Below, piece after piece: positions 31,296 through 45,200 of a stretch of 64,000 bases of DNA. The notes under the pieces were generated by a model. The model was given only the letters and a program-made list of their open reading frames with translations, did not search any database and was not told where the DNA came from. Positions within the stretch are counted from its first letter, which is position 1, and each line of letters begins with the position of its first letter. The DNA comes from Amoebidium appalachense (Eukaryota; Protista; Ichthyosporea), in the NCBI GenBank assembly GCA_963693365.1, contig CAVNZM010000016.1, positions 219,341 to 283,340 on the forward strand, written 5' to 3'. Made by a program: the position numbers and the translations under genes.

Positions 31296-31965
31296 AGTTG
31301 CCGTGCAGCAGACCGTCACGGTTCAGCCCAAACCCGTCACCGTCAACACCTTTGCTGTCGGTAAATATTGCCTCCCTCTCTCTCCCCCCCCCCCCCCCCC
31401 CCCCCCCCCCCACCCCCCCGGCCTCCCCCTCCCCAACAAAAAATAAATAAAATAAAATAAACACCACCACGACCACCAAGCACAAGCACAACCCACCACA
31501 ATCACCACCATCAACCTAACACCCACCTCCCCCCTTCTCCCCTTCCCCCAATCCCCCCTTTCCCTCCCCTCCCCCCCCCCCCCCCCCCCTATTCCCCCAC
31601 CTCTTCCCCTCCCCCCTCCCCCCCCGCCCCCCCAGAGACACAATACATTCAGGAGACCATAGCAGCAGCCCCCCTCACGGAGACCGTCTTCAGCACATAC
31701 ATGGCCACGGAGACACCAAAGGCTGTGGTGCTGCCCCAGTACGTCACCGGTATGTCTTCTTGAATCTTATAGAACCTTTTGGAACCTTTGTGTGTTTTCT
31801 CTTCGTCTTTTTTTCCGACTTAACCCCCCCCCCCAAAGAAAAAAAGAAAATAAAAGAAAAAAGAAAGAAAGAAAGAAAGAAATGAGGGTTTACTATCCAA
31901 CACATTCATCCCCAACTCTTTCCCTCTCTCTCTCAACCATCTCTCTCTCTCTCTCTTTCTCCTTC

Positions 31966-32000
<35 letters not shown>

Positions 32001-32374
32001 ACCCCCTCCCTCCCCCTCCAAAAAAAAATAAAACAAGGAGAGAGAAAGAAAGAAAGGGAGAAGATAAAAGAAAAAGAAATAAGTGGGGTTCTAACCCTGA
32101 ACCCCCCCCCCCCCCCCCCCCAGAAACCCTGACGATTGCTGTCACCGAGACACCCAAGCCCATCACCCAGACGGTAGCTGTGACGTCACAGCAGCAGGTG
32201 TACCAGACAATCTACGAGCAGCCCACGGTCACGAAGACCGTCTACGTCACACGTACGTGGAAACATGATAGAGGGGGGAGGGGGGAGGAGGGGGAGGGGA
32301 GGAGGAGGAGGAGGGGGGGGGGGAGGGGGGGGAAGGGGGGTTGATAATGTGCCTATGCCACTGTGTGTGTATGT

Positions 32375-32415
<41 letters not shown>

Positions 32416-33921
32416 GCCGGGGTGTGTGTGTGTGTGTGTGTGTGGGGGGGGGGGGGGGAGAGAGGGGAGACCGGGTTGGGCGGTGGAGGGGGGAGGGAGG
32501 GGGGAGGGGAATGGGGGGCGCTGCTACTAGAGAGAAGGCTGAAGGGGAACCAATTTTGCAACGGTGGTGTGTGTATTTGTGTTGTGTGTTGGGGAGAAAT
32601 GACCCCGTAATATTATTCTCACTCCTTTCCCATCCCCTTCCCCCTCCGGCCCTCTCCCCACGCCCCCCCCCCCCCCCCCCCTCTCCCCCCTCCCCCCTCT
32701 TTCTCCCCTCCCCCCCACCCTCCCCCCCCACAGAGACGCAAGTTCAGCCTCAGACCGTAGCAGCCCCTGCTGTTACCATCGATGAGACCATCTTTGTGAC
32801 CGAGACACCCAAACCTGTGGTCGTGCAAAACGTGGTTACCGGTATGATAGAACCCCCCGCACACACACACACACTCATTTATAGAACGCTCCCATCGTCG
32901 CCCCTCCCTCCCCCTCCTCCTTCCCCCCTCCCCCCCCCCCCCCCTAACACACACACACACCACCACCACCACCATAACCACTACCCGTGCCCACCTCCCC
33001 TGTCCCCCATCCCTCCCCCCACCTCCGCGCCCCCCCCCCACCGGTGCTCACCCGCTTTCCCGCTCCCCAGAACGTACCCATTTAACCCACTCCATCACAG
33101 TGCATCCTACTACCGCACTATGATCCCCCCCCCCCCCCCCCCCCCCCCCCCGGACAAGGCACACACACACACACACACGCTCACACAAGCACAATCACGG
33201 TGATGCACTTCCTATGCCCACACAGCCACGCTCCAACTTCCAAACCTATAGCCCCAGCGATTGACACAGGGCCCAAGGTAATATGGGAATGTTATCGCCC
33301 ATCACCTAATCATGGCTGTGATCGGGTAATCGATCGCGAACTTTTAGAAGAATGCTTATTGACTATGAGCTGCTAATCTACACGATCATTTTCATGGTCT
33401 TATCCCAACGCAAAAACACGCAGAAATGTCAATAGATATATGCCCTACTATCAATGGCTGGGCTTGTGCACAAAGTAACCCTAAAAGGCTATATTTGCAC
33501 TGGATTAACCATATATGGTCACAGAGTTCCAGACGCAATTCGTCACCGTTGCAGCCCCTGCCGTGACCGTTGCTGTGACGGAGACAATTGTCCCCAAGCC
33601 ACTGACCGTGCCCTTCACCGTCTATGAGACAGGTAAGGGCATACTCATATATCCCCCCCCCCCCCCCCCCCCCCTCCCTAACCACCACCCTTCCCCATCC
33701 ACACACACACACCTACAACATCCCGACACATGCACGCACGTGCGCACACACATGCACACTGGCACACAGTCATGCACCCAGAGAGAGAGAGAATAATTCC
33801 TTCCCCGAGATTTACCGAGATAGTAACACACGGGAAACAATGCGCGTGCGCAGTAATGCTACCATGCATAAACACGCTGGTCTACACAGATTCGATCCCC
33901 CCCCCCCCCCCCCCCCCCTCC

Positions 33922-33952
<31 letters not shown>

Positions 33953-34026
33953 AAAAAAAAGAAAGAAAGAAAGAAAGCACGTCTCTCTTTCTCTACACAG
34001 CCGGGCTCACACTAAAAAAATGTCTG

Positions 34027-34090
<64 letters not shown>

Positions 34091-34377
34091 ACACACAGAG
34101 AGAGAGACACCTACCGATCACACACAATAAAAAGGAAGAAAACAAAAAAAAAAAAAAAAAAAAAAAAGGGATAATGCTTGTTGCCTGGCATGCTTGCACA
34201 CACCCACACCATTGCTGATACCAACCCAATTCACCCTTTTTTTCTGTATGATTGGTGCGCTAAATATACCCACCAATCACAGTGTACGAAACCGTGGCCG
34301 TTGCCCAGCCGGCCGTGACCATCTTCGAAACGGAGGGGAAGGGAAAGAAGAGCTCCAAGGGCCGCCACGAGTTCTAA
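30647..34377 (+). CDS. Secreted Val/Thr/Pro-rich repetitive protein (7 exons, all introns phase 1)
   Basis: Exons 30647-30857, 31298-31360, 31636-31749, 32124-32252, 32734-32841, 33525-33632, 34283-34377. Signal peptide MAPVLSFSAVVFATLALGS, a VPIVPVPVPVPVVP motif, repeated VTETPKPV / AAPAVT / TVYET modules; ends GKGKKSSKGRHEF-stop. Confidence 0.85.
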
Positions 34378-34819
34378 ATATGGCAATCCGATTACCAAAT
34401 ATAGGCTGTAGTAGGGAGGGGACATGCATACCCATTTAGCGTTATAACGGCTGTAAACCTACAATGATTCACTGAAAGACAAAAAAAGAAAACAAATGCC
34501 AATAAAAGACAATTCTGCCACAATGGCCTGGTCCTCCTCCCTCCCCCAGCCGTTGCTCTCCCAACCCTTCCCCTCCACCCCCCTCCCCCAACACACACAC
34601 ACACACACACCCCGCCTTTCATCTCCCCTCCCCTCCACCGCCCCCCTTCTCTCTCCCTCCCTCCCCCCCCCCCCCCCCCCCTCCCTTCTCCCCCCCCCCC
34701 CCCCCCCCCATCCCCCCTCCGGTTCCCCCTGCTCTGTCTCTCGATATGGGCTATGCAATCTCTTATGCCTATCATACCCCTCCTCCCTACCCTCCCCAAC
34801 CTTCTCCTTTTCTTTTCCC

Positions 34820-34828
<9 letters not shown>

Positions 34829-34853
<25 letters not shown>

Positions 34854-35045
34854 TGTTGTGTTGGTTGCGATGGCGGAAGGAGAGAGGGGCTGGGTGGGTG
34901 GGTTGGTAGGTGGGTGTGTGGATTGGGGAGGGGGCAGGGGCGTTAGAATGCTATAGAGTAAGACGTACACACTCATAATATCACAATGCAGAGTGCAAAC
35001 CACAGATACGAGAGTACGCATGATAAGCAGTGCCCATCCCCGGGG
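34829..35045 (-). repeat. Near-identical inverted copy of the 3' end of COMMD3 intron 4 (53343-53582), including the element tail
   Basis: Reverse complement matches CCCGGGGATGGGCACTGCTTATCATGC...GCATTCTAACGCCCC...CGCAACCAACACAA(CA)nG with only a couple of substitutions outside the CA tract. Confidence 0.9.
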
Positions 35046-36613
35046 ACGGAAGGGGGGGGGGGGGGGGGGGGGGGGGGAATTCCCCCCCCCCCCCCCCTCC
35101 CCCCGGCCTCCCCCCCCCCCCCGCCCAGGCCTGTTCCCGCCCAGCCTCCCCCCCCCCCCCCCTCCCCCCCCCCCCCCCCCCCTCTTCCTCCCCACCCGCC
35201 CACCCCATCACCGTTACTATTGCCTTACGTCCTTCCCCGACCCCCGCCGCCCCCACCACCCTCAACTCTACCATCACCCATCTCCACCCACCACCACGTA
35301 CACACGCACACACACACAACCAAGCTGAGGCCCCCTGAAAAACATACTCCAGAGACTGACACATTGAAGCAAGAGGAAAGCGCATTAAACCTGGTGACCT
35401 TGCACAATTTTATGGAACCGAAAAACGTAAAAAGATTCCCCCTTCCTTCCCCTCTCTCACTTCCCCTCCCCTCCCCCCCCCCCCCCCCCCCCTCAAACCC
35501 CCTCCCTCCCCCCCCCCCCCCCCCCCACCCAAAAAAAAGAAAGAAAGAAAGAAAGAGAGAAAAGAAAAGAAAAGAAAAGAAAAGAAAAGAAAAGAAAAGA
35601 AAAGAAAAAAAGAAACTTGCACAACTTTTGGAAACCGGACACCACATTTTTCCACACATAAAGATCCCCCCCCCCCCCCCCCCCTCCCCCCTCCCCCCGT
35701 TTCCCCCTCCATCTCTCCCTTCTCCCCTTCCCCGCCTCCCCTCCTACCTCCTTACCCTCCCCTCCCCCCCCCCCACCCCCTCCCCCCCCCCCCCCCCTGA
35801 AAAAATTTCTCATAGAACGGTTTAAAAGGCTACTAATTAGATACAATGAACCACACACACACAACCCACTGTACCGGTCCGGCCAAGCACACATGAACAT
35901 GCAAAATGCACATATGGGCGCCGTTACCCAACGAAAATTTTTTTTAAACCCATTTGCTTCAAAACATGGTCATAGCAAAAAACCCAAATTCTTTCGCTCT
36001 CCACCATGGCACACACTCAGTGTCTAGCATGAGTGTTTACACAGGAAACGAAAAACAAAGGTGTGTTTGTTCTGATACATCCTGTTCAACCCCCCCCCCC
36101 CCCCCCCTCCCCCCCCCCCCCCCCCCCCCCTCCCCCCTCCCCTTTTTATTTCTCCGTACATTACCTAAATATATTTAAATCAAATTTAACACACAAGAAA
36201 CACGCGCACACGCACAGACAATGTGTGTGTGCCCATAAGGCATGCGAGAAAGCTGAAACACAGCGATTGCAGACAGTCACCCACGCACACGCATGTGCAC
36301 ATACACATATATAATATGCGCATGTACGCACACAAAAAACGCCGTGTAAAGATATACGCGCCGCACACACATATAATACCGGCTTTTTCGCGCACACGCG
36401 TCCACACGCGATACGTCCGCACATGTACATGTAGTCGGTGTACACTCAAGTACACGCAAGCATGCACACACACGTGTGCACGTACACACGCACACATGCA
36501 GACACACGCACACACGCACACACGCACACACACACACACACGCACGCAAACACGCACACACACAAACACACACACACACACACACATACACACACTGTTC
36601 AACACACGCACGA

Positions 36614-36707
<94 letters not shown>

Positions 36708-37468
36708 CCATACTGCTCCACGTTCGTTGATGTTCCGTTGCGTTCAAGTTGTTTACTGGTTCACCGTAGTGTCCAGAGTGCGGCAAACACTTCCAGAAAG
36801 CCACTTTTGAGTGGATGCGTAACTGACCAATAGGAGTGTTTTTAGATCCAATCCAAACAATAGATCAAACTGTCACAGTGTATTGACAAACATTGACATT
36901 TGTTGACTGAACTACCTTATATATATTGTTGCCGTTTAGCACCAATTATTTATGAAAAAGGTTAAAATAATTATGTATTTGTATCATGTACATAGTACAA
37001 TAAACACCATGCTTCGCTAGTACTAAGTTGACCGCACGGGCTGACTCATCACTCACCAGCTACAGGTATGCATAAAAGAATTTCAACGACACGCAATGAT
37101 TGGATAAGCGTTGTGATTGGTTGACGAAATCTGCTCAGATTTGGACCCCAAGATCTGCCGCACCACGGTGACGTTTGTTGTTGTTTGTAAACGTTGTTTG
37201 TTATCAATTCGAGTTGTTTCAAAGCTTGTTTTCTTACCTCAAAACCTCAGCCTATAGGAGCGACAGCCCACACTTTCCGGATTTATGTGGTTTTAGCAAA
37301 ACGCTGATAAAAGCTGGCGTCGGAGGGGAGTCACTTTGCATCCTTGCAATTGTGTCCAACTCATACCTACACTCCTTTCGAATATTCGGGAAAAAACCAC
37401 TTCTAGGGCCAGCAACTATACATACAGATTCGTGCACCTATACATAGTAGAACTGGAAGGGAAAAAAC

Positions 37469-38244
37469 ATGCAGCGGTGTGCGTATCTACATATGGCCGT
37501 GAGAACACTGGCGGCATGTCTTCTATTTTCTGCCCACCTTGTGCATTCACACGTGGTGAGGCGACAGCACCCAGACACACCAGGATGGCACCATGGAAAT
37601 GGACTGCCTCCAGGGCGCAAAACAACCACAGGTTGGGATTATTCCGCACCTTTTATGATTATAGTCCTACCACGAAATATGCAAATATGCACTGTGAAGC
37701 TACGACACATGCACATCCCCACCACCATACTACAAACACAAACACACACACACACACGCACGCACACACACACACACACGAACACACACAAACAAACACG
37801 CACACACACACACAGACACACGCACACACACACACGTGCACACGCATATGTACATACGGCACATGGTGACATATACACACGCATTGGCACGCACGCCTGA
37901 ACACAGTAGCACAGACATAAGTATGCCACAGAAAACACACATCATGCCCACAAACACCGTGACGCACACACAAACGCACACACGAACACGCACACAAACA
38001 TCAACCTCACACAATGTCACACACAAACCTACGTTACACACACAAACCCACCTACACACAAAAATAAGTATTATGTGACAGCAGACGCACACACACTGTG
38101 ACAAACAAACAGACACACACACAAACGCACACACACACACAAACACACATGTACACGCACCACATGTCACGTGCTGCACACGCACATGTACTTGTTCACA
38201 TGCACGCATACACACAAACACACAAACACACGCACACGCACGTA

Positions 38245-38279
<35 letters not shown>

Positions 38280-38280
38280 G

Positions 38281-38325
<45 letters not shown>

Positions 38326-41147
38326 ACGCATGCACCCACCGACCCACGCACCCACGCAACCACGCACGCTCGCATGCACACACACACGCACACACGCACA
38401 CACGCACGCACACACATAACTTGTATATTATATGTTTAATATCTCTGACGTTTCGTATAGCTAATGAAAATCACCATCATTCTGTTTAACATGCATGCAC
38501 ATCAAATATATGTGATCATCCCATCCATGTTTTTCAGCACACATGTTGCATCCCGGGTGAACCGTATAGTCACATTCTATCATAACGTTAAGATTATCAA
38601 ATTGAAACGTACACAAAAACAAACCCGCACACACCCATCCCACACACACCCGCATCATGATAGCAGCTTTGCGACACAAACTCAATACTTAAATATTATA
38701 CACACAGAGATCTTACTTCATAACCGCACGCACAGGCACAGTGGCTTTTGAACCAGTGAAACATATGCATTTAATAGGTGTACATTACAGAGGGCCCCCC
38801 TCTCCCCCTCTCTCGAGCCCCCTCCCTCCCCCCACCTCCCCCTTCCCCCCCTCCCCCCCCCCTTCCCCTCCCCTTCCCCCCTCCCCCCCCCCTCTGCGCC
38901 ACCCTGGCCTTCATAGTTATATATAATTAATCTACATCCCCACGGCACGAATTTACTAATTATTATACGTGCATGGAATATTCCAGACTGTAGGTGGGGC
39001 CCGTGGTCTGCATGGGGCACGTGTTCTGTGCCCTGTGGAAATGGTATCTCCGTGCGCACCCGACCCATGTATGTGGCTGCATATGGGGGCAGGGCATGTG
39101 TCGGGTCATCGCGTGAGTCGAAGCAGTGCATTATGCCGGCGTGCGGTAGGTACCTTCCCATAAATGGATGGTTGGAGAGTCACGTGCATTGAAACAGCGG
39201 TAGGAGGAAGGAAAAAAGTGAATACATATATGATTATCGTTAGTAGCTAGATTGATAAGTAGATACCGTGCATGACATGGTAAATGGTAGCTACTATGGT
39301 ATGAGTGGTGTGACAAGAGAAAACTTTTTAAAAAAGAAAACACGACTTGTTAGCCTGCATGCACGTTTTTTTTTTTTTTTTTTTTTTTGGGGGGGGGGGG
39401 GGGGAGGGGGGGAGGGGAGGGGAGGGAGGGGGCGGGGGGGGAGGGGGGGGGGGGGGTAAATTTTCTTTTTTGGGGGGGGGGGGGGGGGAGGGGCACCTAC
39501 GCCAGTTTTTGTTTTTCTTTTCCCACACCAGTTTATCTTTTTTTTCTTTTCTTTTCAGTAACGGGAAAGGGGGAGGGGGGGGGGGAGGGGGGGGGAAGGG
39601 GGGGGAGGGGGGGAGAGGGGGGGAGGGGGGAGGGGGGGGGGGGAGGTAGGAACCACCTACCCAACCTAGCAATATTCGCCCGTCTCTACTGTACAAGTTC
39701 ATAGTATGACCGGCTAACATATATCATTGCTTTTCCCTTTCAGCCAGTCCAGGGTGTGTGTGGAACGCCTGGTCTGCATGGGGTGCATGCTCCAAAACAT
39801 GTGGTGCAGGCACATCAGTGCGTGCACGTACATCCCGCCCAACCACTTACACAGCAACATGCCGCAATGTTGAAAAGGAGACGAAGTACTGTGTCAATAG
39901 GCTGTGTCGTGAGTAAACCCCCCTGCAGCCCCCAGTACACGAGTAGACTAAATTTAGGATTTTCAGGTTTTTGGTTGCTATGCCGTGGCCCTGATCAGCC
40001 AAAATTGTGGGCTTGTCAATTTCTCTAGCTAGTGTTATGCCGTGGGGCCTAGCCAGCCAATATTTTGGATTTTTCACAAATTCTGTCGCTAGAATCCCAT
40101 ACTCATTCATTGCACACAGTAGCAATCATTAATAATTGTGTAGCTAAGCAAGGCAAGTCAAGTTTAAGGCGCGATCTTGATATGTCGCCTGCATGGCGCC
40201 ATAATGACATCAGAGACCGTAAGTGAAACTTTGGATCGGGTTTGCCTATATTTGGTGTGATCTCCTTTTTTGGGCATGCCGGTAGCATTAACCATATAAG
40301 GGATTCCTGGAGAAAACTTCAAAGCTGACATAGTTATTAAGGGCCTCATCTCCATATCTGTGACCCAAACTTAAATATGCCACAGAGACCAATTCAGGTG
40401 CCTCCCTATTTGTGTAATTGTGTGCATACATTGACTCACCCCCCAATCCCCAGCCACCCCCTGCACGTGGCACCCATGGACCACGTGGTCTCTCTGCAGT
40501 GTCACCTGCGGCAGCAGCTCCACCACCCGCACCCGCACACAAACCCCACCCGTGGGAGGCGGAGCGCCGTGTTCCGGCCCGGAAAAGGAAGTTCTACCGT
40601 GTTCCAAGCCCTCGTGCACGGGGGATAACAGTGTGTGTGTGTGGAGTCAATGGGTTAATGGCACGTGCAGTGTCACGTGCGGGCAGGGCACAGCCACACA
40701 GACACGCAGGCAGATGGGTGGGCCCACGTGCATACGCACAGAATCGAGGACGGTTCCGTGCAGCATGCGCCCATGTGGTGAGTCGTGTGTTTTTGTTTTA
40801 AAACGTTTCCGATCTTAACTACACAATAGCATGATTTCATGTGTCCCTTTTTGCTTTGTGCAAAGTATACCTAGGCTAAAAACCGTTTCGCACAAAGATA
40901 GGTAATGCCAAAAAAGCACACCGAAAGCACTTACACCTGCAAACATAGGTGAGAGCAAACAAGCGCTTATCCCGATCTCCCCGTGCCCATTTTACTGCCT
41001 TCTCATTTTCGTTGCCTGATTGCACAAGAATACCCCCCCCCCCCCCCCCTGGGCGCTCCCCCTCCCCCCCCCCCCACACACATGCACACAAACACCCACA
41101 CCCACATCCACGGACTCACACAACACACACACATAAACACACACACA

Positions 41148-41206
<59 letters not shown>

Positions 41207-42247
41207 GCCTTTATGTTCGGAAGTTGCTTTCTTTCCTAACCTTCATACCATCTGATTGGTCGCATGTTCCTTTAAAATTTAAAATTTTAACCCAAGCTCA
41301 CCCCCCTTAGCCCCAGCCACCCCCTGCACGTGGCACCCATGGACCACGTGGTCTCTCTGCAGTGTCACCTGCGGCAGCGGCTCCACCACCCGCACCCGCA
41401 CACAAACCCCACCCGTGGGAGGCGGAGCGCCGTGTTCCGGCCCGGAAATGGAAGTTCTACCGTGTTCCAAGCCCTCTTGCACGGAGGATAACAGTGTGTG
41501 TGTGTGGAGTGAATGGGTTAATGCCACGTGCAGTGTCACGTGCGGGCAGGGCACAGCCACACAGACACGCAGGCAGATGGGTGGGCCCACGTGCATACGC
41601 ACAACATCGCAGGTGGTCCCTTGCGACATGGGTCCGTGTGGTGAGTTTTCTCCCGTTTTCTGTAAATATATCATATCTCGGCACTTACTCACAATGTATC
41701 TTTTCTTTACATACCATTCTTTGTAAGTGCAATTGCTCACACAGAACTTTGAAAAGCACACAATCGGCGCTAGTCGGGCATTTGTTTGTTTTTTTTAGCT
41801 TCAAAATTACCTCGAGTGTATAAAGGACACCCCCCCTCGGAGTCCCCCCATCCTCCCCACCCTCCCCCCATCCTCCCCCCCCCCTTCCCCCCCCCCCCGG
41901 CTCATCCTCTCTCCCCATCACCCACCACCCCCCGCCTCCCTTCTGCTTCTCCGCCTACTGCCGTTAACACCTCAACCATCTAACCTTATCTGCCCCCCCT
42001 TCCCCCCCCCCCCCCCCCCCCCCCCCCCCTCAATCCCACCCACCCACCCACTCACCCCCACCCCCTCCTCCCCCTTTTCCTCCCCCAATTTCATCATTTC
42101 CCCCCTCCTCCTGAGTCCTCCCCCCCTCCAAAAAAAAAAAAAAAAAAAGAAAGAAACAAAGACAAACCGCTAAGCCCCCATCCCCTTCCCCCCCCCCCCC
42201 CCTCCCCCCCCCCCCCCACCCCCCCCCCCCCCCCCCCCCCCCCCCCA

Positions 42248-42290
<43 letters not shown>

Positions 42291-45200
42291 AAAAAAAACA
42301 CAGCCGCCAACTGCAGCATCACATGGAGTGAGTGGGGGCCATGTGCCTTAGTGCCGTGTGGTGGTTCGTTTGGCGCCATCACAGCCAACAGTACAAGGAC
42401 ACGCACAGGCAGTGTGACTGTGCCTGCACAAAACAGGGGAGAATGCGTAGACGCGAAAGAGGTGGAAAAGTGTACGGTCACTGTGCAATGCGGTGGGTGA
42501 ATAGGTTAATGTTTGCACACATCTAGTGTATATTAAGTATATAATAGTGTATATTAAGTAATACAATAGCGTATACAATATACAGTAGTTAAAATTTTCT
42601 CGTGCATATTAACAATGCAATCACTTAGCACTCGGCAAGTTTTTCTGGCACATCGGCCCACAAGTGATAGTAGCCAGCATAGCCAATGTATAACAGCACA
42701 ACTAGACCGAGTTTAAGCAAACCAACCCCCCCCCCCCCCCCCCCACCACCACCACCATCACCTCCTCCCCCCCCTCCCCCCTCCCCCTTTTCCTCCCTTC
42801 CTCCCTGCCTCCCTTCCCCTTCTTCGCCTTGACCTTCTCTCATTCTCAGCCTTTGCACGTGAATGTGTCCTCTTTATTCAGAATCTATTCCAAGCCCTAT
42901 AGTAGTATTACTATGATTTAACGTTTTTGCAAGTTTTCATTTACTAAACATTTTGCTACTTTACCGAAAATCCATTTCAGAACCAAACTGCACCGTTACC
43001 TGGACGGAGTGGACAGCCTGTGGCCCGCTTGAGTGCACCCCCACCAACCATGGCCCAACCACAAAGACAGGCACGCAGAGTAGAAGCGCAACGCCAATGG
43101 ATGTGGAAAGATACTCGGTGGAGATGTGTGGGCCCTTGGGGGATGAAAAACCATGCAACGTGACACTGCAATGCGGTAGGTGCTTATGTGCATGTGGTGT
43201 GGTGAATGCATCTTTAGCATGTACGTCACACGCGGTGGATCTATTCCCCATAATTCTAACAGCAACTCGCACTGTGTATCGGAAATTCGGGTTGTGTGGT
43301 CTATCTAATTTGGGTAGATATGTACCGAACGAGATAGATAGGCAGGAAAACGTATCAACTATCCTCGGACTCAAAGTTTTCGGACACCATCATCTCCCAG
43401 CGTACTATTTGCAGTTGTAATTCTCGCTCAGCTATCCTCTCGCGGCGTGCAGGCATTCTGATGGTTATTCTCCCCCCCCCCCCCCCCCCCCCCCCCCCTC
43501 CCCCCCTCCCTTCCCCCACCCTCTCTCCCCCCCCCCCCCCCTCCCCACACACACACACACACACTTACACACACACACACACTCACTCACACTCACACCC
43601 TCGCGTGCGCACGCACACACACACGCACACACACACGCACACACACTTCCCACCCCAAAGACCACTTTGAGGGGTAGGTAATGAGCAGGCAAGGCTTTAA
43701 ACCCTAATAAGGAGCTTTACATGCTGACTGACTGACTTAACTGCTTCAAATTTATGACACCATACCGTGATATCCTATCAGCCTGAGGGATGCTCCCTCT
43801 ATAGTATATATCTTGTAATCGACGTACACTAACTTTCCCTCTATAGTATATATCTTGTAATCGACGTACACTAACTCTCCCTCTATAGTATATATCTTGT
43901 AATCGACGTACACTAACTCTCCCTCTATAGTATAGATCTTTTAATCAACGTACACTAACTCTCCCCCTTCCTCCATCCCCAGCCATAGACTGTGTCGGTA
44001 CGTGGGCCTCCTGGTCCCTCTGTTCCACCCGGCCATGCACCTCTTCAGACCGAGGCAACACCACAGCCACAGGCACACGCACACGCACATACACAGTCAC
44101 ACAGCCAGCGTCCAATGGCGGTGCAGCATGCCCCAACAGCCAATCGGAGGACTGCTCAGACAAAATCATGTGCCGTGAGTTGCCCCCCCCCCCCTCCCCC
44201 CCTCCCCCTCCCCCCCCCCCCCCCTTTCCCCCAAACCACACACACACTCACTCACACACACTCACACTCACACACACACAACCACCCACCCACTCCTCCC
44301 CCCCCCCCCCCCCCCCCCCCCGCCCCATTCCACACAAACAGATACAACAATCTCTAATTTTACCACTACTGTACAAGGTGGGAGTAGGAGTGCAAGCCTT
44401 CATGACCTCATGTATATGCATTAAATAGTAAATGTTTGGATCATACCTGCTATACAGTTATAACGCCCTTTATATACCTTGTTAGGAACTCCCCCGTCTT
44501 CGTAACCTTAATTTGCATTTAAGTCTACAGCAATACATCATAACTCTAACTTCTTCCTCCATCCCCAGCCATAGACTGTGTCGGTACGTGGGCCTCCTGG
44601 TCCCTCTGTTCCACCCGGCCATGCACCTCTTCAGACCGAGGCAACACCACAGCCACAGGCACACGCACACGCACATACACAGTCACACAGCCAGCCGCAA
44701 ATGGCGGTGCAGCATGCCCCAACAGCCAATCGGAGGACTGCTCAGACACAATCATGTGCCGTGAGTTGCCCCCCCCCCCACCCTCCCCCCTCCCTCCGCC
44801 TCCCCCCCCCCCCCCCCCCCCCCCACCCCAACACACACACACACACACACACACATTCTCACAACCCCGCGCCTACAGAGAATTGGATCTGCTTTCAAGA
44901 ATCCTCCACTTAAATATGGGCCCTTCTCCCCCTCTTCCCCCCTCCCCCCCCCCCCCCTCCCCCCCCTCCCCCCCCTCCCCCCCCATAGCACGCAACACAC
45001 ACACACATCCTGAATCCACAGCGCCAATCCGTTTTCGCTCCCAAAAACCATTGAGGCACCCACCGGTTAGTATTGTGTTGACCGGAGATCGGTTAGTATT
45101 GTGTTGCAAATTTTTAAACACGGCTGGCCACAAAAGACAAAACAAAAACGAAACAAAACCTAAAGGTTGCATATGCCTGTGTGAAAAAAGACAAACACAC

